DNA of 64,000 bases from Candidatus Wirthbacteria bacterium. Its GTDB lineage: Bacteria; Patescibacteriota; CG2-30-54-11. Every line of letters starts with the position of its first letter. Positions within the stretch are counted from its first letter, which is position 1. The position numbers and the translations under genes were made by a program. Location of the stretch: the NCBI GenBank assembly GCA_903889905.1, contig CAISZI010000053.1:10599-74598 (forward strand), read 5' to 3'. The notes under the pieces are model-generated. The model saw only the letters and a program-made list of their open reading frames with translations, was not told the DNA's origin and searched no databases. Of this stretch, positions 26,172 to 36,027 are shown in pieces.

Positions 26172-28727
26172 TCAGGTTGAAACTTTTGCTGCGGGTTTGT
26201 GTTTGATCCTGGGTTTTTTGGGGATGGGTAAGGGGTTGGAGAGGACGAGGGACAGGACTTCGTCCATGTTGCGGACGAGGTGAAGTTGCATGCGGGAGCG
26301 GATATTGGTAGGAATGTCTTCGATGTCGGATTCGTTTTTGGCGGGGAGGACCACCGTCTTGATGCCGGCACGGTGGGCGGCGAGGACTTTTTCCTTGAGC
26401 CCGCCGATGGGCAGGACGTGGCCGCGCAAAGTGATTTCGCCGGTCATGGCGATCTCGGACGACACGGTCCGCTTGGTCAGCGCCGAGATGATGGCCGTGG
26501 CAATGGCGATGCCGGCAGATGGCCCGTCTTTGGGCACAGCGCCTTCGGGAACGTGAATGTGTAAATCGAGCTTTTCGTTAAAATCCTTAGGCAGTTTGAA
26601 CTGTTTTTCACGGGCACGAATATAACTGAGTGCCGCTTTGGCGGATTCCTGCATGACTTCGCCCAGCTGTCCGGTGATAGTGAGCACGCCTTTGCCTGGC
26701 ATGGTGGCAACTTCGATCGGGAGCAGCACTCCGCCCACTTCTGTCCAGGCCAGGCCGGTGGCGATACCGATCTGGTCGGATTTTTCCTTGTCATCGGCCT
26801 GGAATTTGGGTGGGCCTAGATATTTGTGCAGCAGTTTGGTGGTGATTGTCGTCGTAAGTTCCGGCGTCTTGTCTTCGGCATCGACGATGGCGCGGACGAG
26901 TTTGCGGCAGATTTTGGCGAGCATTTTTTCCAGATTGCGGACACCGGCTTCACGTGTGTAGTCGCGGATGATGGCACGCAGCATGGCGTCAGTGAATTCG
27001 GGTTTGCTTTGCTTCCCCAGGTTGTGTTCGGCAATGATTTTGGGGAGCAGGTGATGGCGGGCGATTTCGATTTTTTCTTCTTCGGTGTAACTGTAAAGCG
27101 GGATGATTTCAAGCCGGTCAATGAGGGGCTCGGGAATGGAGTACAAAAAGTTAGCGGTGGTGATGAACAACACTTTGGACAGGTCAAAAGGCACTTCCAG
27201 AAAGTGGTCGACAAATTCGCTGTTTTGTTCGGGATCCAACACCTCGAGCAGTGCCGCGGTGGGGTCGCCACGCAGGTCGCTGTCCATCTTGTCGACTTCA
27301 TCGAGCAGGATGAGCGGGTTAACGACACCAGCCGTTTTCATGCCTTTGATGATGCGGCCCGGTAGCGCGCCAATGTAGGTGCGACGGTGGCCACGCACTT
27401 CGGCTTCGTCGCGTACGCCGCCGAGGGAAATGCGGATGTATTTGCGGCCGAGCGCGGCCGCCACGGATTTGGCCAGTGACGTTTTGCCAGTACCGGGCGG
27501 GCCCACGAGGCAAAGAATCGGGCCTTTGGCGTCGGGTGAGAGTTTGCGCACGGCCAAATACTCGAGGATGCGTTCTTTGACCTTGTCCAGGCCATAATGG
27601 TCGTGGTCGAGGATGCGGGAGGCTGCCTTGAGGTCAAATTTTTCGGGTGATTTTTTGAACCAGGGTAAATCAAAGATCAAATCGAGATAGGATCGGATGA
27701 GTCCTGCTTCGGGTGAAAACGAGGGCATTTTCTTCAGCCGGTTGATTTCTTCTTTGGCCTGTTTGGCGGCCGCAGCGTTGAGTTTAAGCGTGTCTACTTT
27801 GAGCAGCATGGTTTCAAATTCACCTTCGCCATTACCGTTTTCCTTGAGTTCGTCCTGGATGACCCTCATCTGTTCCTTGAGAAAGTACTCGCGTTCGGCC
27901 TGGCTGAGCTTGTGGCTGGCTTTGGTACGGATTTCATTGCTGAGGAAGTTGACCTGGTATTCTTTTTCGAGGATGGTGCCGATTTTGGAAAGGCGGCGTG
28001 AAACGGTATTGGTCTCAAGGAGTGCCTGTTTTTCATCCATTTCGCCGGGAATGTAAGCAGCAATCAAATTGGAGTATTTGGCAACGTCAGTCAAATTGTC
28101 CATAAGGATGGAGAGTTCTTCGGGTACCTGGGTCATGGATTTGAAATAACGGCTAAGCTGCTGCGTGGCATAACGACGGGCCGCTTCCATGGCGAGTGGG
28201 TTTGCTTCTGCCTGATCTGGGAAAATAGTATAGGCAGCTTCCACCACACCGTCCTCAGTCAAGAAATCATCGACGCGCACACGGGTTGTGCCACTTAGAA
28301 TAAGTCGTACTGAACCGTCGGGCAGGCGAAAATTCTGGTTGATGTCAGCGATTATGCCAACGTCGTAAAGGTCTTTGGCAGGAGTGAGGAAGGTTTTGTC
28401 AGCATTGCGTTGGGTCAGTACCACGACTTGTTTGGTCTCGCCCAGAGCTTTTTCAATCGCCTTGATTGATTCGGAACGCCCAACCACCACCGGCACAATC
28501 ATGTCCGGGAAAGCAACCACATTGCGCAGCGGCAGGAGAGGGAGGTGTTTGATCGGCTCTTGCGGCGTTACGGTGGTCGCAGCAGGATTTGGTTCAATTG
28601 GCGTCGATGCATTGATATTCAGGTTGCTGTCAAAAAACTGAGGGTATTTTTGCTTAAAATCCTGCAGTTCCGGCGACGATGGGGTGGTGTCACGGTTGAG
28701 TATTTTTTGGAACAGCGACTTCAGCAT
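26172..28727 (-). CDS. lon: ATP-dependent protease La
   Basis: LON N-domain, [22 protein letters not shown], catalytic [14 protein letters not shown]. Confidence 0.97.
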   Translation of the reverse strand: MLKSLFQKILNRDTTPSSPELQDFKQKYPQFFDSNLNINASTPIEPNPAATTVTPQEPIKHLPLLPLRNVVAFPDMIVPVVVGRSESIKAIEKALGETKQVVVLTQRNADKTFLTPAKDLYDVGIIADINQNFRLPDGSVRLILSGTTRVRVDDFLTEDGVVEAAYTIFPDQAEANPLAMEAARRYATQQLSRYFKSMTQVPEELSILMDNLTDVAKYSNLIAAYIPGEMDEKQALLETNTVSRRLSKIGTILEKEYQVNFLSNEIRTKASHKLSQAEREYFLKEQMRVIQDELKENGNGEGEFETMLLKVDTLKLNAAAAKQAKEEINRLKKMPSFSPEAGLIRSYLDLIFDLPWFKKSPEKFDLKAASRILDHDHYGLDKVKERILEYLAVRKLSPDAKGPILCLVGPPGTGKTSLAKSVAAALGRKYIRISLGGVRDEAEVRGHRRTYIGALPGRIIKGMKTAGVVNPLILLDEVDKMDSDLRGDPTAALLEVLDPEQNSEFVDHFLEVPFDLSKVLFITTANFLYSIPEPLIDRLEIIPLYSYTEEEKIEIARHHLLPKIIAEHNLGKQSKPEFTDAMLRAIIRDYTREAGVRNLEKMLAKICRKLVRAIVDAEDKTPELTTTITTKLLHKYLGPPKFQADDKEKSDQIGIATGLAWTEVGGVLLPIEVATMPGKGVLTITGQLGEVMQESAKAALSYIRAREKQFKLPKDFNEKLDLHIHVPEGAVPKDGPSAGIAIATAIISALTKRTVSSEIAMTGEITLRGHVLPIGGLKEKVLAAHRAGIKTVVLPAKNESDIEDIPTNIRSRMQLHLVRNMDEVLSLVLSNPLPIPKKPRIKHKPAAKVST

Positions 28728-29992
28728 CAGGCCACTTCCTTGGAATTCTTGTTGACCAGCTTGGGTTTGGTGCCGGTCAGGATAACTTTTTCATCAACAA
28801 TACATTCCTGTACCGGCTGCTCAAAGGGCATCTCAAACATGATGTCCATCAGGTTTTTTTCCATGATTGTGCGCAGGCTGCGGGCGCCGGTCTTCTGCTT
28901 GCGGGCCATTTGCGTGATGGCCGTGAGCGCGTCAGGGGTAAAAGTCAGTTTGACGTTTTCGAGTTCAAACAGGCGTTCAAATTGTTTGACCAGGGCGTTT
29001 TTGGGTTCGGTCAGGACACGGATCATCTCGGCTTCGGACAACATGTAGAGTGGCGCGATCACCGGGAGTCGTCCGACCAGTTCTGGAATCAAGCCAAAGT
29101 GCAGCAAATCGTCGGAGGTGATGTGGCTGAGAATGCGGAATTTTTCTTCGGTCTGCTGTTCCTTGGACGGGAGTTTGGCGCCAAAGCCAATACTGCCGGT
29201 GCGGTCGAGGCGGTGTTCGATGATTTCGTCGATTTTCTCGAATGCGCCACCGACGATAAAGAGGATGTCGGCGGTGTTGATCTTGATGTATTCAGCCTGG
29301 GGATGTTTGCGGCCGCCATGCATGGGGACGTTGGCGACCGTGCCTTCAACGATTTTGAGCAACGCCTGTTGCACGCCTTCGCCCGAGACGTCACGAGTGA
29401 TGGAGGGGTTGTCGCCTTTGCGGCCGATTTTGTCGATTTCATCAATGTAGACAATGCCTTTTTCGGCGCGCTCGACATTGCCGTCCGCCGCGATCAGCAA
29501 GCCAAGCAGGATGTTTTCAACGTCTTCACCGACGTAGCCTGCTTCGGTCAACGTTGTCGCATCGGCAATGGAAAACGGAACATTGAGGATTTTGGCCAGC
29601 GTTTGGGCAATCAGTGTCTTGCCACTGCCGGTCGGGCCGACTAGGACGATGTTGCTTTTCTGGATTTCGACGTCGCTACGTTTGAGTTCGTGTTTGTGTT
29701 TGATGCGTTTGTAGTGGTTGTAGACGGCCACGGAGAGGATTTTTTTGGCTTCGTCCTGGCCAATGATGTATTCGCACATTTGTTTAAATATCTGTTTGGG
29801 CGTGTGCAACGTGGGGTTGAAGTCCATGGCTTTGTCGGTGGCTTTGGCCGAGACGCGTAAGGCTTCCTGGCCCATGCGCAGGCATTCGCCGCAAATATAA
29901 ACGCCGTCCTGGCCCTTGACCAGTGGACCGGCGTAGAGTGAGCTGCGATTGCAAAACGAACAGCGGTGTTCTGGTGCTGGTTTATCAGTCAT
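28727..29992 (-). CDS. clpX: ATP-dependent Clp protease ATPase subunit
   Basis: C4 zinc finger [29 protein letters not shown] loop. Confidence 0.97.
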   Translation of the reverse strand: MTDKPAPEHRCSFCNRSSLYAGPLVKGQDGVYICGECLRMGQEALRVSAKATDKAMDFNPTLHTPKQIFKQMCEYIIGQDEAKKILSVAVYNHYKRIKHKHELKRSDVEIQKSNIVLVGPTGSGKTLIAQTLAKILNVPFSIADATTLTEAGYVGEDVENILLGLLIAADGNVERAEKGIVYIDEIDKIGRKGDNPSITRDVSGEGVQQALLKIVEGTVANVPMHGGRKHPQAEYIKINTADILFIVGGAFEKIDEIIEHRLDRTGSIGFGAKLPSKEQQTEEKFRILSHITSDDLLHFGLIPELVGRLPVIAPLYMLSEAEMIRVLTEPKNALVKQFERLFELENVKLTFTPDALTAITQMARKQKTGARSLRTIMEKNLMDIMFEMPFEQPVQECIVDEKVILTGTKPKLVNKNSKEVA

Positions 29993-30052
29993 GGGGTGCT
30001 CAATTGATGAATATAAATTTGACAAAACCGGGCGATGAATCAGTCTGAAAAC

Positions 30053-30637
30053 TTATTGGTGCTCGACCACTTTGTCGATCAGGCCGTAGGCAATGGCTTC
30101 TTCGGCACTCATAAAGAAATTACGGTCTGTGTCTTTTTCGATTTGCTTGAGGGCTTTGCCGGTGTGCCTGGAGAGAATCTCGTTCAACACTTTTTTGAGT
30201 CTGACGCCTTCGCGTGTGGCAATTTCCATGTCCGTGATCTGGCCCTGGATGCCGCTAAGAGGTTGATGGATCATGATGCGGGAATTGGGCAGCGAGGCAC
30301 GTTTGCCTTTGGCGCCACCACTGAGGATAATCGCTGCCATGGAAGCTGCCTGACCGATGCAGATGGTGCTGACCGGGCATTTGAGGTACTGCATGGTGTC
30401 GTAAATCGCGAGTCCCGCCGTGACCGAGCCGCCGGGTGAGTTGATATAGACGTTGATTTCTTTCTGGGCGCTTTCGGATGCGAGGAAAAGCAGCTGGGCA
30501 ATGACCAGGTTGGCGTATTCGTCGGTAATCTCGCGTTCGAGGAAGATGATGCGGTCTTTGAGTAAACGCGAATAAATGTCATATGCGCGTTCGCCACCAG
30601 GTGTTTTTTCCACTACCATCGGGACTAGATAGGACAT
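30053..30637 (-). CDS. clpP: Clp protease proteolytic subunit
   Basis: [28 protein letters not shown]. Confidence 0.97.
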   Translation of the reverse strand: MSYLVPMVVEKTPGGERAYDIYSRLLKDRIIFLEREITDEYANLVIAQLLFLASESAQKEINVYINSPGGSVTAGLAIYDTMQYLKCPVSTICIGQAASMAAIILSGGAKGKRASLPNSRIMIHQPLSGIQGQITDMEIATREGVRLKKVLNEILSRHTGKALKQIEKDTDRNFFMSAEEAIAYGLIDKVVEHQ

Positions 30638-30798
30638 GTTTGACCCCCTTTAAGTTCTTAGCATTCTAGCATGAAAGCAGGCTATATGCCAGACAAATAA
30701 TGAGCACAGTATAGAGTTTTTGGTCGATAAAATAAATGATCTGGTTGCCCGGAAAAGTTTGGGATATGATGACGATAGGTTAATTTCAAGGAGAAAAC

Positions 30799-31116
30799 AT
30801 GAAAAACGAAACAAACGAGGCTGAATTGTTGCTAAAAATTGAAAAAGTAGCCAGAGAAGAAGTCATTGACTTGATTATGGAGACATTGAGCGCAGCAGAC
30901 CTGGAAGCATTGAATGACGAACTGCTGCGTGGTGCTGATGAACAGGCGGTGATGGTTTTTTTGCACGCCCATATTCCCGACCTGGAAGAGCGTGTTCAGG
31001 TGCGGATCGTTGAACTCAAGGAGGAGATATTGGGCGAAGCCAAAGAGCTTGCGGCAGCGCAACCGGAAAAACCTTTGTCAAAAAATACTGCCAAAAAGAG
31101 AGCAGTTAAAAAATAA
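30799..31116 (+). CDS. DUF5663-like acidic helical protein
   Basis: FLHAHIPDLEERV resembles the CPR-typical DUF5663 pattern; GGAG RBS. Confidence 0.55.
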   Translation: MKNETNEAELLLKIEKVAREEVIDLIMETLSAADLEALNDELLRGADEQAVMVFLHAHIPDLEERVQVRIVELKEEILGEAKELAAAQPEKPLSKNTAKKRAVKK

Positions 31117-31210
31117 TTACCCTTGTGGCGTGCACGAATCAATCTGATGCCGGCTTTGTCAGGAATCAGCTTCTAGTGAGGCTTTTTCCAGCCAGTGGAA
31201 GCCTCTCAGT

Positions 31211-31302
31211 CTTCTCCTCCCCTTGGGGGGAGGATGCAGAGAGAGGGGAATTCCGAAAAAGAATCCCCTCTCTCTGTCTCTCTCCCAAAGGGAGAGAGGA
31301 AG
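31211..31302. repeat. C/G-tract palindromic repeat pair
   Basis: CTTCTCCTCCCCTTGGGGGGAGG..CAGAGAGAGGGG / CCCCTCTCTCTG..CTCTCTCCCAAAGGGAGAGAGGAAG. Confidence 0.75.
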
Positions 31303-32343
31303 TTAGGTAAACAAACTCCATTCGCTTTGGAGCACGGCGAGTTCTTCGCCAAGCAGGTTGGTATCGGTGTTGGTCAGCCGGTCGTGGTAGGGTTTGCGGG
31401 CCATGTCGGCAATGGCGCGATCCAGGGGCTTGTTGCTGTAACTGGCCAATAGGAGTTTGGGGGAAACCGTTTTAAAGCTATCCGATGATGGGTTTACCAC
31501 CGCTTGTGCGGCGTCCACCACGTGCAGTATGTCGGGCAAAAGGTTGCTACTGGTGCGGTAATTGAGCATTTTTTCCAAATTGTGGCCAAGTTGTCCCGGC
31601 AGCAGCGTCGCCAGGGATTCGGTTATGGGTGCCATGGCTTTGTGAGTAGGAATTTTGAGTATGGGTAAATGCACCATAAAATTGGCATGCAACACAGTCT
31701 GTGGTATATCAAACAAAACATTTTGGTCGGGGATGGATTCGTGGGCTTCGGTCGTCAGGTTTATCCATGCGTACGTTTGGGCAAGCTCAGCAAAACCGGA
31801 TGTCGTTAGGATACTGTCAACGTCAGCGTCGCGTGGCAGGCGATCAACCAGCGTGATCTGGTCTTGACCCGCACCGTTGGTGTGGAGCCAGGCGATCATC
31901 AATCGGGCCAGTTCCGGTGAAGTGAGGAGCGGGCATGATTCGGTTGGGGTGAGGGTGACCTTGAGCAGGATTTTTTGTGCGGGATCAAACGTGCGGGTTG
32001 GGAAAAGTGTCAACAGTGTCTGTAGCGTGGCCTCAAAGTCGTAGCCGATTTTTTGCAAAGCGACACCGGTTTTGAGGTCGAGTTTGCCGCTGGGCCAATC
32101 CAGGGTTTGTCCGATTTCATAGGTTTTAAAAGTTTTGCGGGTATGGGTCTGGCCGTGTTCGTCCTCGAGCAGAAGCACTGCATAAGGAACCTTGGGGTTT
32201 TGCACTGAAGCAATGTTGACGTTAGTAATGCCCACGATCTTGAAATGCTGCGGCAGGATGTGCTCAACGTTGTGGTGGCAATAAACGCACTCGTGCAGCG
32301 GGTAGTACCAGACCAGATTGCATGTGGGGCAGCGGTAGTACAT
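31303..32343 (-). CDS. DUF35 Zn-ribbon/OB-fold domain fused to a degenerate DUF362-like domain
   Basis: Start MYYRCPTC..CVYC, PYAVLLLE; C-terminal ILLKV..TSPEL..HLPILK..VVDA. Confidence 0.7.
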   Translation of the reverse strand: MYYRCPTCNLVWYYPLHECVYCHHNVEHILPQHFKIVGITNVNIASVQNPKVPYAVLLLEDEHGQTHTRKTFKTYEIGQTLDWPSGKLDLKTGVALQKIGYDFEATLQTLLTLFPTRTFDPAQKILLKVTLTPTESCPLLTSPELARLMIAWLHTNGAGQDQITLVDRLPRDADVDSILTTSGFAELAQTYAWINLTTEAHESIPDQNVLFDIPQTVLHANFMVHLPILKIPTHKAMAPITESLATLLPGQLGHNLEKMLNYRTSSNLLPDILHVVDAAQAVVNPSSDSFKTVSPKLLLASYSNKPLDRAIADMARKPYHDRLTNTDTNLLGEELAVLQSEWSLFT

Positions 32344-32345
32344 GG

Positions 32346-33479
32346 TTAGTCGTTCCTCAGGATATGGACGGAGCAGCTGCCTACCAGCGAACCGATGTTG
32401 AGCGCCAGGCCGATTTTGTTTTTGGCTACCTGACGTGCACCGCCTTCGCCACGTAATTGACGTGCGATCTCGGCCACTTGCCGTACGCCGGTGGCGCCCA
32501 GCGGATGGCCGCAGGCCTTTAGTCCACCTGAGGGGTTGATCGGGAGTTGCCCCGTGAGCTGTGTCTTGCCGTCTTGCGTCCATGCAAACGCCTTGCCCAT
32601 GGGGCAGAGTCCGGCATTTTCCATGGCGACCAGTTCGACCACCGTGAAACCGTCATGCAGTTCAGCCACCTGAATCTGATTGGGTTGGAGGTTGGCTTGC
32701 TGGTAAGCTTGTTTGACACAATGCTGGATTTCCAGTCGGTTCGTGGGGTCTTTGTCCTGAGCAAAGTTGAGGTGGTTGGTGGCAAAGGTGGAGGCAGCAA
32801 TGCGGATGGAGCGGGGACCCCGTTGCTGGCGTTCCAGAATGACGCAAGCAGCACCATCGGCATTGGCGCTGCAGTCAAACAGTCGAAGTGGCGAACAAAT
32901 GACGCGGGAGGCTTTGATCTGGTCAAGGGTAACGGTTTTGTCATAAAACATGGCGTCGGGATTGAGGTTGCCATTGTGGTGGTTTTTGAGTGCTACCTGT
33001 GCCAGGTCGTCGGTAGTGGCGCTGTATTTTTGTAAATATCGGGTCGCGAGCAGTGCGCCGGCAGCCGGGAAAATAATGCCTTCACGCTGGTCCAATTCGC
33101 AGTCTGCATCCGTGGCCACCATGTCCAGAAGTTCTGAGCTGGAGGTTGTTGTCATTTTTTCCACACCCAGTACGGCAATGCGGGCATAGGTTTTGAGCGC
33201 AAGACAAGCCTGGTGCATAGCCGCCCCGCCACTGCCGCAGGCGGCTTCCAGGTTAAAAATCGGCAGGAATTTGCCCGGCAGATAGCCAGAGAGGATGGCG
33301 CTGAGGTGACTTTGGTGGTGGGTTTGCTGGCTTAAATTGTTACTAATGTAAATGGCTTCCAGTTCACTCAGTTCAAGTCCACTGTCCTGCAGCGCTGCCT
33401 GCAGCGAACCAAGCATCATTGCGGGCAGGGGCAGGGGCGAATAACCGAATTTGGAAACCGACAGTCCCGTTACAAACAT
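32346..33479 (-). CDS. Thiolase family protein (SCP2/archaeal-like)
   Basis: EAACGSG, KNHHNG, PLRLFDCS, ELHDGF, NPSGGL, GHPLGATG. Confidence 0.92.
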   Translation of the reverse strand: MFVTGLSVSKFGYSPLPLPAMMLGSLQAALQDSGLELSELEAIYISNNLSQQTHHQSHLSAILSGYLPGKFLPIFNLEAACGSGGAAMHQACLALKTYARIAVLGVEKMTTTSSSELLDMVATDADCELDQREGIIFPAAGALLATRYLQKYSATTDDLAQVALKNHHNGNLNPDAMFYDKTVTLDQIKASRVICSPLRLFDCSANADGAACVILERQQRGPRSIRIAASTFATNHLNFAQDKDPTNRLEIQHCVKQAYQQANLQPNQIQVAELHDGFTVVELVAMENAGLCPMGKAFAWTQDGKTQLTGQLPINPSGGLKACGHPLGATGVRQVAEIARQLRGEGGARQVAKNKIGLALNIGSLVGSCSVHILRND

Positions 33480-33507
33480 TGTTTTTGGTCTTGGCTAAAA
33501 ATGAGGT

Positions 33508-34452
33508 TTAGACAGTGGACTCGGCTTTGGCGCTGATGTGCAAAATCGTACGGTAAGCCAGGGTTGACCCGGCAAAGGCGATGACCGCATAGAGCGACCC
33601 GATGATGGCGTCAAACAAGTAATGTTCGCCCAGGTAGAGCACGGTAAAAAGCATGCCAAGGCAGGCAATGGCGGAAATCAGGGCGCCTTTCCATTTGTAG
33701 GTGACCGACAAATAGAGCGCTGGAAAAACAACAAACGCCATATGCATGGAAGGCACGGCGGCGGTCGGGTGCTGGTTAATATTGCTGTAGAGGTTGTTGA
33801 TAAATCCCAGGCCAACAGTCTGGTAAAAATTGAGCAGAATGCGGCTGATCGGTGGCAGGTAGCCTTCGGTGCTGGCCAGCCAGGGTGGCATGGCAGGATA
33901 AAGCAGATAGGTGACAAATCCCATGAAATTCAGCATAAACATGCCGAGCAGGTATTTTTGAAAAATTTCCATTTTTTGCCGGAGCAGCAGGAAAATGCCG
34001 ATCACGTAGGGAATACCCAGTCCGGCAAAATAGAACACGGCGGCCATGGCGTCGTACCAGTGAAATCGTCCGGGGGTGAAAAGCAGTGACTGCAGCTTGA
34101 TGGCCGGGATAAAGGGAATGATGTGGTGTTCGAAGGCAATCACATCCTGGATGTGCACATGCGTCGCTTCACCCACGATTGAGGTGGTAAAGCGGTAAGC
34201 GAGTCCGAGGATGACAAACGGAAAGACTGCAATTTTGATAAAAGGGGGTGTGCGGCGATACAGGTAAATTCCCATGGCCACGATCAGCCAGAGAAATTCA
34301 CCAGGCAGTGGAATGTCTTTGAGCAGTGAAAAACTGATAAAAAAACAGACATACAAAAAAGTCAGAAAAAAAAGAAAATAATGCAGCAGGGGCGGAATCT
34401 CAGCCGAGAGCCGGTTGAGCTCCTTGACCTTGGTGACTGGGTTTAAGTTCAT
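33508..34452 (-). CDS. PAP2 / inositol-phosphorylceramide-synthase-like membrane phosphoesterase
   Basis: YPAMPPW, AVPSMH, GEHYLFD; multiple TM helices. Confidence 0.85.
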   Translation of the reverse strand: MNLNPVTKVKELNRLSAEIPPLLHYFLFFLTFLYVCFFISFSLLKDIPLPGEFLWLIVAMGIYLYRRTPPFIKIAVFPFVILGLAYRFTTSIVGEATHVHIQDVIAFEHHIIPFIPAIKLQSLLFTPGRFHWYDAMAAVFYFAGLGIPYVIGIFLLLRQKMEIFQKYLLGMFMLNFMGFVTYLLYPAMPPWLASTEGYLPPISRILLNFYQTVGLGFINNLYSNINQHPTAAVPSMHMAFVVFPALYLSVTYKWKGALISAIACLGMLFTVLYLGEHYLFDAIIGSLYAVIAFAGSTLAYRTILHISAKAESTV

Positions 34453-34507
34453 GCTGCACTTTGTTGATGTTAAGTGCGGCTATTATAGGTGCGTTACCTG
34501 TTTTTGG

Positions 34508-35050
34508 CTAGTTGAAAAACTGACGCGCAAAGTTGCTGGCAAAGATTTCGGCCGGGGACTGCGTTGCATCGGTTGTGGCGCTGTCGCTGTAGGTGGGGTT
34601 ATACCATGTGGCGCAGTTATGGATAGCGTGCTCTTGGCAGAATTGATCCCGGTCGTGGCTGTTCATCAGGGCGTGGTCTGCGATATGGCCAAGCTCGTGG
34701 GCCAGGACGGCGGCGAGCGTGGCATCCGGACATTTGTTTTGCAGGTAAATGGTTTGGGTCGACGTTTGGGTGTAGGCACAATAGGGTGAAGCGGTGAGCG
34801 GACTGATTGCTATCGGACCAAGGGCGGTCCAGTCGTAATTGGCACTGCCGAAAAAGGCACGGATTTGTTGCTGCAGGGACGGGTCGATGTTGGCGGCAAT
34901 ACTGATATTGGCGGGAAGTTCAGCCTGGGTTGCGACTTGGGTTGGTTTGGGTTGGGCAAAGAGTGACGCCAGCGCTACGGTCGGTAAAACCAGGGTTGCT
35001 GTGATCAGAGTGCCAATCAGGATGCTAATGCCGAAACGCCAGATGAACAT
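34508..35050 (-). CDS. Secreted zinc metallopeptidase-like protein
   Basis: Signal peptide, AHELGH, SPAEIFA. Confidence 0.65.
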   Translation of the reverse strand: MFIWRFGISILIGTLITATLVLPTVALASLFAQPKPTQVATQAELPANISIAANIDPSLQQQIRAFFGSANYDWTALGPIAISPLTASPYCAYTQTSTQTIYLQNKCPDATLAAVLAHELGHIADHALMNSHDRDQFCQEHAIHNCATWYNPTYSDSATTDATQSPAEIFASNFARQFFN

Positions 35051-35147
35051 ATTAATGCCTACAAAAAATCCCCCGGCATGTGGCAGGAGGATTGGTTTTG
35101 GTTTAAGGTCGGCGTTATTGTAGAGAATGGCGCTTTAATTTGTCAAA

Positions 35148-35801
35148 TTATTTGATCTGTTCGAGGTCTTCGGGTTTGGCGATCACGATCAGGCCGTTTT
35201 GGTAGTGAATCAGTTTCATTTTTTTGAGATTGGTCATGGCCTGGCTGATGCTGACCCGTGTCATGCCAAGCCAGCTGGCCAGATGGTCATGCGTAAAGGG
35301 AATACTGATCATGATTTCCTTGCCTTCGGGTTTGCCGAATTGTTTGGCCAGGTACGCCAGCAGAGAGGCGGTTTTGCCCAGGGCGCGATCAAAGACCAGA
35401 TGCTCGATCTTGGTGGTATATCCTTTGAGGCCAAACAGGATGCGGGACATCAGGGCAAGCAGAACATCCGGGTTTTCTTCCAGAAAAAGCATGACATCTT
35501 TGGAAGGTGCCCGGTAAATCACCGCGTCACCCAGTGCTTCATAATAGTAATCATTGGCTTCTTCGTTGATGGCCCAGGCAATCGGGAAAAAAGCGCCTGG
35601 TTTGAAGGCATGCAGTGTCAGTTCTTCACCTTCGGGGGAAATACTGAACAGGCGCACAATGCCACTTTGGATATAGGAGATTCCTGAGGGGATGTCGTGG
35701 GCCCGCAAAATCATGTCCCCTTTTTTGTACTGAATGACCTGGTGGGACGTGAAAAACTTTTCGATTTTATCAATGATTTTTTGGTCCGACGTATTGGTCA
35801 T
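35148..35801 (-). CDS. Crp/Fnr family transcriptional regulator (RVS recognition helix)
   Basis: cNMP-binding barrel IQSGIVR..GEELTL; HTH FTHDHLASWLGMTRVSIS. Confidence 0.92.
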   Translation of the reverse strand: MTNTSDQKIIDKIEKFFTSHQVIQYKKGDMILRAHDIPSGISYIQSGIVRLFSISPEGEELTLHAFKPGAFFPIAWAINEEANDYYYEALGDAVIYRAPSKDVMLFLEENPDVLLALMSRILFGLKGYTTKIEHLVFDRALGKTASLLAYLAKQFGKPEGKEIMISIPFTHDHLASWLGMTRVSISQAMTNLKKMKLIHYQNGLIVIAKPEDLEQIK

Positions 35802-35862
35802 ATCCGGCCGCCATTAGGGGCTAAAATCGTCAGGCGGCAGTATAGCACAAGATTTTTTTATT

Positions 35863-35899
35863 GTAAAAAAGTTTACCCGAGATAGGTAAAGCGATTGAC
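35863..35899. promoter_or_regulatory. Tandem GTA-N8-TAC-type Crp-family sites upstream of nrdD
   Basis: GTA-aaaaagtt-TAC (35863-35876) and GTA-aagcgatt-GAC (35886-35899). Confidence 0.55.
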
Positions 35900-35931
35900 T
35901 GAAAGGCACAGGTGAAATGTAGATACTCTTG

Positions 35932-35979
35932 CCACAATATCTTGTGTCCAAAACGCCAGCCAGACACTACATCCTGTGT
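35932..35979. promoter_or_regulatory. Tandem NrdR boxes
   Basis: CCACAATATCTTGTGT (35932-35947) and ACACTACATCCTGTGT (35964-35979), 32 bp apart; match the acaCwAtATaTwGtgt consensus upstream of an RNR gene. Confidence 0.85.
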
Positions 35980-36027
35980 TAACTCGGCAAAACCAAAATT
36001 AGTTTTATGTCTTCATGGAGTCAAGTA

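Noticed and set aside
32344-32583. N-terminal 80 aa of the ORF-track call 31303-32583 (and similarly of 16468-17019)
   Set aside because: These extensions overlap neighbouring genes; the real starts are MYYRC at 32343 and MQFLV at 16779.
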